DNA of 35,490 nt. It comes from Dehalococcoidia bacterium. Its GTDB lineage: Bacteria > Chloroflexota > Dehalococcoidia > GIF9 > AB-539-J10. The DNA is taken from assembly GCA_022866545.1 (NCBI GenBank), contig JALHUO010000052.1, positions 1 through 35,490 of the forward strand, in the 5' to 3' direction. The notes under the pieces are model-generated. The model saw only the letters and a list, made by a program, of their open reading frames with translations, had not been told where the DNA came from and searched no databases. Each line of letters opens with the position of its first letter. The first letter of the stretch is position 1. Made by a program: the position numbers and the translations under genes. This document shows, piece by piece, positions 10,402 to 16,507 of the stretch.

Positions 10402-11409
10402 TTATTGCTTTGTGACGTCGCTTGGCTTACGCAGTGGCTTGAAGACGCCGCGGGCACCTATCCTGGAGATAACATCTTCAGCTTCCTTGATTATCCGGTC
10501 TATCAGCTCCTTGACCGTGGGGATGTCGTGAACAAGGCCTACTACCTGTCCACAAGCCACTAATCCTCGGTCGAGGGCACCTGTTTCGTAGACCTCCAGC
10601 CCCCTCTTACCGCTGAGGAGCGACGCCAATTCCTCTATGGTAGCACTCCTTTTCTCCATCTCAATCACCTTTTCAGCAGTGGCATTTCTCAATACTCTCT
10701 CAGTATTACGTAAAGAACGCATTACGAACATGGTGTCGCGTTCTGACGACTTCACCAACCATTCTTTTACCTTGGGATGGATAGCACACTCTTGCGTTGC
10801 CATGAATCGAGTGCCCATATTAATCCCGCTTGCTCCCAGTGCCAGGGCGGCGACAAGTCCACGTCCGTCGCCAAAGCCTCCAGAGGCGATGACAGGAATG
10901 TCCACAGCATCAACAGTCAAAGGAATCAGGACGAGCGAGGTAACGTCCTCCTCGCCCGGGGCGCCGGCGCACTCAAAGCCATCAATGCTAACGGCATCGC
11001 AGCCTATCCGCTGAGCGGTGCGAGCGAAGCGCACTGCGGTGCACTTGTGTATCACCTTAACTCCAGCCGCCTTAAGCCGTTCCATATATTGCTCCGGGTT
11101 TCTGCCGGCTGTTTCCACAATCTTCACTCCGGAATCGATAACCGCATTTACATAGCCGTCAATATCCACTGGGCGAAGAGTGGGCAGCAGCGTTATATTT
11201 ACTCCGAAGGGTTTATCGGTAAGCGTTCTGGTCTTCTTGATTTCGACGGCCAGTTCCGCGGGAGTTGGAAATGTAAATGCCGTTAAGATACCGAGCGCCC
11301 CGGCGTTGGATACTGCGGCTACCAGCTCGGCCCGGGAAAGCCACATCATTCCGCCCTGGGTGATAGGATGCTTGATACCTAGAAGCTCCGTTATACGTGT
11401 CTTAAACAT
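10402..11409 (-). CDS. Nitronate monooxygenase / FabK-like FMN-dependent oxidoreductase
   Basis: HPITQGGM, AAVSNAGALG, KPFGVN, IASGGFGDGRG, GINMGTRF; AAGGAGG RBS. Confidence 0.9.
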   Translation of the reverse strand: MFKTRITELLGIKHPITQGGMMWLSRAELVAAVSNAGALGILTAFTFPTPAELAVEIKKTRTLTDKPFGVNITLLPTLRPVDIDGYVNAVIDSGVKIVETAGRNPEQYMERLKAAGVKVIHKCTAVRFARTAQRIGCDAVSIDGFECAGAPGEEDVTSLVLIPLTVDAVDIPVIASGGFGDGRGLVAALALGASGINMGTRFMATQECAIHPKVKEWLVKSSERDTMFVMRSLRNTERVLRNATAEKVIEMEKRSATIEELASLLSGKRGLEVYETGALDRGLVACGQVVGLVHDIPTVKELIDRIIKEAEDVISRIGARGVFKPLRKPSDVTKQ

Positions 11410-11439
11410 GGTGTTTCCTCCTTGTGATATTTGCGGTTG

Positions 11440-11448
11440 ATTATAACA
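11440..11448 (-). promoter_or_regulatory. Extended -10 promoter element of the NMO/FabK-like gene
   Basis: Minus strand TGTTATAAT about 30 nt upstream of ATG. Confidence 0.6.
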
Positions 11449-11612
11449 TTTAGGCGGTTAGCCCAGCACATTCACGCAGGCTTAAGCATTCCTGTTTCCC
11501 CTAAAAAAGGCCCTCTCTTTTCCATAGAAGCCCGCGAGCCTTCGGGTGGAAGACAGGTCTCTGCCCCGGTGTCCGAGTTCCGCGAGAAGTCGTAAGACTT
11601 TTGGGGGTTAGT

Positions 11613-13340
11613 TTAGTGATTATTCCTATCTAAAACAGCCAGCAATTCTTCCAGGGGCAGAGTATTCAATATATGTTGCGGCTCACACCATGCCCGTCGG
11701 GCAACGCCAACCCCGAATCGCATAAGGGCCAGATGAGCAATGCTGTGGGCGTCGGTCCCGATGGCGAGCTTTACCCCCCATTCTCGGGCACGAAAAGCGT
11801 GGATATCCTTCAGGTCGAGGCGGTCAGGCATGGCGCTAATCTCCATAATCTTATTGTACTTGGCTGCCACCTGAAAGACGGCTTCCAGGTCTATGGCTAC
11901 AGGCTCACGCTCTCCTATAAGGCGGCAGGTAGGGTGAGCAATCACGTCGACATCGGGGTTTTCTATGGCCGTTATTATCCTGCGGGTCATCTTTTCCTCG
12001 CTCTGGCTCATGGCCGAGTGAACGGCAGCAATCACTATATCCAGTTCGGACAGGATTTCGTGAGGTAGGTCCAACCTGCCGTCTGCCCGAATATCAACTT
12101 CGATGCCCGTAAGCACACGAATTCCCGCTGAGCGCTCGTTAAGAGCTCTGATCTCAGCAACTTGTTCCCTCAGTCTATCCACATCGAGCCCATGAGCAAT
12201 GCCTCGCCCCGCGGAGTGTTCCGTGATTGCGATATATTGATAGCCCATATCTTGGGCTGCCCGAGCCAGTTCCTCGATGGAATCATGCCCATCGCTCCAT
12301 TCAGTGTGTGTATGAAGGTCTCCCTTCATGTCGGATAGCTCCACGAGCTTGGGTATAGCTCCCTGCTCAGCCTTTTCTATTTCACCCTGTGCCTCTCTGA
12401 GTTCGGGTGGGATATACTGAAGCCCAAGCCGATGATAGAATTCCTCCTCCGTGGCAAATTTTTCCAGCTTGCCTGTAGCTATAACAGTTATCCCATATTC
12501 ACTCAGCTTTGTCCCCTGCTTGTGCCATTTTTCTGTCAGGGAAATATTGTGCTGTTTGTTACCGGTGGAATATTGCAGCAGCGAACCGAAGGAGTCGTGT
12601 TCGACCATCCTCAAGTCAACTTGCAGTCCGCCGCTGACAATGACACTGGCTTTGGTTGATCCCTGGGCCAGCACCTGTCTTACAAGAGGCAGTGCCACAA
12701 AAGCATCTATGACCTCCTTGGGGTTATCGGCAGTGCCCATGAGATCGATATCACCCACTGTTTCCCGAAAGCGACGTAAGCTGCCCGCGGGAGTGAGATT
12801 TCTCACGCCGGGGATAGAGCGGAGGGTGGTTAGGATCTCCTCGACAATGGGCAAAGCTTCCCCGATGGGGATGCGCTGGTCTTTGCGGCGCAATGCCTGG
12901 ATTTGGTGGAGGATATTATCGGCGGTCTTTTCGCCAAGCCGGAAGAGCTTGGCCACTCGCCCTTCATTGATTGCTCGCTCCAGTTCGTCTACCGAGCTTA
13001 TCCCTAATTCGCTGGAAAGCTTGTTAGCCGTGTTGGGCCCAATCCCCGGTATGGCCAGGAGATTGGTTATCCCCCGGGGAAACTCAGCCTTCAGGCTCTC
13101 GTAATAGCCCAGCTTGCCAGTTGTTATCAGTTCGGTGGTCTTCTTGGCTATCGCTTCACCCACGCCGGGAATGCTCCGCAAGTTGTCCCCCTCTTCAACC
13201 ATCGCCTCCAGTTCTCTGGGATAGTGCTCGATAGCCCGGGCTGCCTTCTGGTAGGCGCGAATCTTGAAGACGTTCTCTCCCCTAAGCTCCAGAAGGTCGG
13301 CAATATCCTGAAATACCTTGACCACCTCGCTGTTATTCAT
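11613..13340 (-). CDS. polX: DNA polymerase X with C-terminal PHP domain
   Basis: FKIRAY, HhH motifs, GSLRR, GDIDL, QVDLR; PHP motifs DLHTHTEWSDG, AVHS, IAHP, GTDAH. Confidence 0.95.
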   Translation of the reverse strand: MNNSEVVKVFQDIADLLELRGENVFKIRAYQKAARAIEHYPRELEAMVEEGDNLRSIPGVGEAIAKKTTELITTGKLGYYESLKAEFPRGITNLLAIPGIGPNTANKLSSELGISSVDELERAINEGRVAKLFRLGEKTADNILHQIQALRRKDQRIPIGEALPIVEEILTTLRSIPGVRNLTPAGSLRRFRETVGDIDLMGTADNPKEVIDAFVALPLVRQVLAQGSTKASVIVSGGLQVDLRMVEHDSFGSLLQYSTGNKQHNISLTEKWHKQGTKLSEYGITVIATGKLEKFATEEEFYHRLGLQYIPPELREAQGEIEKAEQGAIPKLVELSDMKGDLHTHTEWSDGHDSIEELARAAQDMGYQYIAITEHSAGRGIAHGLDVDRLREQVAEIRALNERSAGIRVLTGIEVDIRADGRLDLPHEILSELDIVIAAVHSAMSQSEEKMTRRIITAIENPDVDVIAHPTCRLIGEREPVAIDLEAVFQVAAKYNKIMEISAMPDRLDLKDIHAFRAREWGVKLAIGTDAHSIAHLALMRFGVGVARRAWCEPQHILNTLPLEELLAVLDRNNH

Positions 13341-13522
13341 GTTTTTGCTCGCGCCTCCTCCCCTCCCTTATTATACCCTTGTTTCCCAAGCCTATGACAA
13401 TGGAGCTGCCTTAAATCAGTTGCTGCTTGAGCGGACTGTCTAAATAGTGATTTATGGTACACTAATGTCATTAGAAGGCACTTGGGAACCGTTCATTAAA
13501 GATGTAATCCATCGCAACTGAA

Positions 13523-14149
13523 ATGCAAGCGTATATCAAGAACAGGGTATTGGGGGGATATGACCTGAACCTTGTGGCGGTGGTCTGCATATCCACGCTG
13601 GTTTTGGTTCTCCAGCGTTATCATCCTTTAAACATCGATTTTCCCCGGGCAACGGAGCTCACTTACTGGTTGCTGGTTCCGCTGGCGGTGGGGTGGCTGC
13701 TTTTTCGGGATAAGCCCCGGGACTATGGCTTTCGCATTGGCAACTGGAAATGGGCGCTAATTTTGACCCCGGCCTGCCTTGCCGCCATGGCGCTGATTCT
13801 CTACGGGGCCAGCAAGATGCCCGAGTTTCGTTCCTATTACTACAAATATGCCATAGACTGGCCCGAGTTGCTGCTGGATACCGCCCTGTACATGTTTTCC
13901 TGGGAATTTGTGTTCCGTGGATATATGCTGTTCGGTCTGGAAAAATCGATAGGCAGGAACGCCATCTTTGTGCAGGCCATTCCCTTTGTGCTGCTTCATC
14001 TAGGCATAGGCAAGCCTTCTTTGGAGACGCTGGCCTGCATCCCCGGCGGCTTTGGGTTTGGCTACGTGGCATACAAAACAAGGTCGTTTCTGCCTTGTTT
14101 TATCATACACTTCGGCATGTACATGATGATGGTCTCCTTTGTGAATTAA
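13523..14149 (+). CDS. CPBP (CAAX/Abi) family intramembrane metalloprotease
   Basis: Multi-TM; WEFVFRG, FVLLH, PCFIIH motifs. Confidence 0.88.
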   Translation: MQAYIKNRVLGGYDLNLVAVVCISTLVLVLQRYHPLNIDFPRATELTYWLLVPLAVGWLLFRDKPRDYGFRIGNWKWALILTPACLAAMALILYGASKMPEFRSYYYKYAIDWPELLLDTALYMFSWEFVFRGYMLFGLEKSIGRNAIFVQAIPFVLLHLGIGKPSLETLACIPGGFGFGYVAYKTRSFLPCFIIHFGMYMMMVSFVN

Positions 14150-14303
14150 AATGGGGTCAACTCTATTTTTCCCCTTCGGTCAGAATGCCCCTTGCTCGGC
14201 TGGAAACAAGCCTCGACAGTGCGGCTCGGAAATACACGACAGGTGTCTATCCTGTACCTCCGGGTTGTCATAGTTGAGGGGAAAAATAGAGTTGACCCCA
14301 TTT
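14149..14303. repeat. 155-bp element bounded by perfect 27-bp inverted repeats (MITE/REP-like)
   Basis: 14149-14175 AAATGGGGTCAACTCTATTTTTCCCCT is the exact reverse complement of 14277-14303. Confidence 0.85.
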
Positions 14304-15066
14304 ATGGGAAGTAAGGGAGCACATACTCGGGGAACACTGCTAGGAGAATGCCAACAATTGCCGGCCACTGGGCAAGGTATATTCCGAGGGGATGTCTTCC
14401 CGGCAGAGTCAAAGCTGAGACAACCCGGTTGTTGAAGTCAGGAATACTGAACCTTCTGTTTCCTTGCGGGTAGAGAATTTTACCGAAGAACATCCCGGCA
14501 AGGAAAAGGCCGAACCACGGCAGCAGCGGCATGTAGTCCATTATCGAGCCAAAGCCGTGTGGCATCAGCCCCAGCCAGAACAACCAGGGAAAATCGAAAC
14601 TAATACCCCGAAGCTGAAAACCTATTATCATCAGAGCAATGCCCAGAACCAGGTTGACGAAGCGGAACCTCAAAAAGAATGGGGCGAGCATGAATGCAAT
14701 CCCGAAGAAGTGGAGCACGCCGAATTGAACGTAGTCCGGTCCGGGTATCAGCCATGTGGCTAGAGTGATCCCCATGCCCATCACGAATATCTGCAGGCCT
14801 CGGCGCAGAAACGGCGATGTTCTCTTCGACCTGGAATAGGCGATTGTGATCGAGACCCCGGCCAGGAAGATGAAAGTTCCACCGCCAAAGGTAAACCACA
14901 GCGGGAACCAGGGATACAGATATGAGGCGGTCGCGTGGATGCCAAAGTAGTCGATTAGAAGGAGTGTGTGGTAGGCTATCATGACTGCGATAGCGTTGGT
15001 GCGCAAGAGGTCTATCTCCCAGAAACGGCTCCGCCGGGTTGTGCTGGTCTGAGTGGTATCTGCCAT
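14302..15066 (-). CDS. DUF1624 / HGSNAT-like membrane acyltransferase family protein
   Basis: RFWEIDLLR, FIFLAGVS, FGVLHF, DYMPLLPW, GRHPLGIYL; start at MADTT (15066) preferred. Confidence 0.85.
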   Translation of the reverse strand: MADTTQTSTTRRSRFWEIDLLRTNAIAVMIAYHTLLLIDYFGIHATASYLYPWFPLWFTFGGGTFIFLAGVSITIAYSRSKRTSPFLRRGLQIFVMGMGITLATWLIPGPDYVQFGVLHFFGIAFMLAPFFLRFRFVNLVLGIALMIIGFQLRGISFDFPWLFWLGLMPHGFGSIMDYMPLLPWFGLFLAGMFFGKILYPQGNRRFSIPDFNNRVVSALTLPGRHPLGIYLAQWPAIVGILLAVFPEYVLPYFP

Positions 15067-15226
15067 CTGTCTATCTTTCGGGCACGATTTTATCATGTTT
15101 CGGTCATTATTGTCTCGTGCTCCGGCGTTTCTGGGGTTGTGGGGACATAATAACATAGAACTCTTACCGTTTAGGCTGCGTGTTTAATGTGGCATGATCA
15201 CAATACAACATTCCCGCCTTGTGTAA

Positions 15227-15250
15227 TGAGGTGACAAAACAGGCTTTTGT
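15227..15250. repeat. Short hairpin repeat, copy 1
   Basis: TGAGGTGACAAAACAGGCTTTTGT, 23/24 identical to 30984-31007; ACAAAA/TTTTGT stem. Confidence 0.7.
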
Positions 15251-15268
15251 CTGATTACAGGGGAAAGT

Positions 15269-15355
15269 CTAATTCAGGCCCCAGCCCGTGATATTGCACT
15301 GCCCGTAGTCGTCGTATCTCACAGCGACCACATTGCCGTTGCCACTAAGTCCTAC
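15269..15355 (-). pseudogene. Out-of-frame remnant of an additional RCC1 repeat and probable original C-terminus
   Basis: Shifted frame reads VGLSGNGNVVAVRYDDYGQCNITGWGLN-stop, matching the repeat consensus VGLxxDGTVVAVGxNxxGQCNVGGW. Confidence 0.75.
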
Positions 15356-16269
15356 CAGTCGCCGACATTGCACTGGTCGTCGCCGTTGTATCCCACGGCG
15401 ACCACGGTGCCGTCTTGCGTCAACCCCACCGTGTGACTAGAGCCTGCGGTGATCTGGGTGATGCCTGTCCAGTTGCCAACGTTGCATTGCCCGTCGCCGT
15501 TGTATCCCACGGCGACCACAGTGCCGTCGGACTTAACCCCTACCGTGTACAAGCTGCCCGCGGCGACCTGGATGATGTTCCTCCAGCCGCCGACATTGCA
15601 CTGCCCGAAGGTGTTGCTTCCCACGGCGACCACAATGCCGTCGGAGTTAAGCCCCACTGTGTGACTATAGCCTGCGCCGACCTGGATGATGTTCCTCCAG
15701 CCGCCGACATTGCACTGCCCGGCACCATTCCAACCCGCGGCGACCACGGTGCCGTCGGACTTAAGCCCCACTGTGTGACTATAGCCTGCGGCGACCTGGA
15801 TGATGTTCCCCCAGCCGCCGACATTACACTGCCCGGCACCATTCCAGCCCGCGGCGACCACGGTGCCGTCGGATTTGAGCCCCACCGTGTGACTAGAGCC
15901 CGCTGCGATCTGGACGATCCCCGTCCAGTGCTGGATCTCGAGCTGCCAGTCTATGCCGGATCCCACGATAATTGCGCTACCATCAGCCTTAATTCCTACC
16001 GTGTGACGATAGCCTGCGGCAACCTGGATGATGCCCTGCCAGCCGCCGACATTGCACTGCCCATAGTAGTTCGAGCCCACGGTGAGTACAGTGCCGTCGA
16101 ACTTAACCCCCACAGTATGATACTCGCCGCAGGCGAGGTAGGTGATGGGGTATTGGGGAGATCCCCAGGGAGATGGATAAACACTCTGAGAACAGCCTAC
16201 CATCCCGACAAGTGAGCCTACCGTGACCAAAAGAATGCTAAGTCTTGCCAAATAAAAAACTTTCTTCAT
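15352..16269 (-). CDS. RCC1/BLIP-II-like repeat beta-propeller lipoprotein
   Basis: Signal peptide with lipobox-like MVGC; seven 38-aa (114-bp) repeats HTVGxxxDGTVVAxGxNxxGQCNVGGWxxIIQVAAG. Confidence 0.9.
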   Translation of the reverse strand: MKKVFYLARLSILLVTVGSLVGMVGCSQSVYPSPWGSPQYPITYLACGEYHTVGVKFDGTVLTVGSNYYGQCNVGGWQGIIQVAAGYRHTVGIKADGSAIIVGSGIDWQLEIQHWTGIVQIAAGSSHTVGLKSDGTVVAAGWNGAGQCNVGGWGNIIQVAAGYSHTVGLKSDGTVVAAGWNGAGQCNVGGWRNIIQVGAGYSHTVGLNSDGIVVAVGSNTFGQCNVGGWRNIIQVAAGSLYTVGVKSDGTVVAVGYNGDGQCNVGNWTGITQITAGSSHTVGLTQDGTVVAVGYNGDDQCNVGDW

Positions 16270-16299
16270 GCTCGCTTCCTTTTCTGCCAACTTAGTTTC

Positions 16300-16328
16300 A
16301 TACTATATCAGCACTCCTGCACGGTCAA
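16300..16328 (-). promoter_or_regulatory. Putative sigma70 promoter for the RCC1-repeat gene
   Basis: Minus strand TTGACC, 17-nt spacer, TAGTAT. Confidence 0.5.
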
Positions 16329-16507
16329 GATTACAAAGGTACCATTACTAAAGACATTGTCGATTGTTCAGTCGGGACGAATTCACTCCAATTTGGCTGG
16401 TGATATAAATAGCAGATAAGCATGTGGCAATCATAAAATGGGTCGATGCTAATTTCTGTCCTGGTATTCCTAGTGGGATTTCGATGCCGTCATAGTATAA
16501 TGAGATT

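Noticed and set aside
13523-14149. CPBP protease as processing enzyme for the radical SAM system
   Set aside because: Lies over 9 kb away, outside the mutM-bounded cassette, with no linkage evidence.
15415-16215. 266-aa repetitive plus-strand ORF, and possible CRISPR-like periodicity
   Set aside because: Antisense reading of the RCC1 repeats; the 114-bp units are coding, lack unique spacers and have no cas genes nearby.
15352-16269. Diversity-generating retroelement target in the repeat gene
   Set aside because: No reverse transcriptase, template repeat or adenine-specific variation pattern seen in the window.
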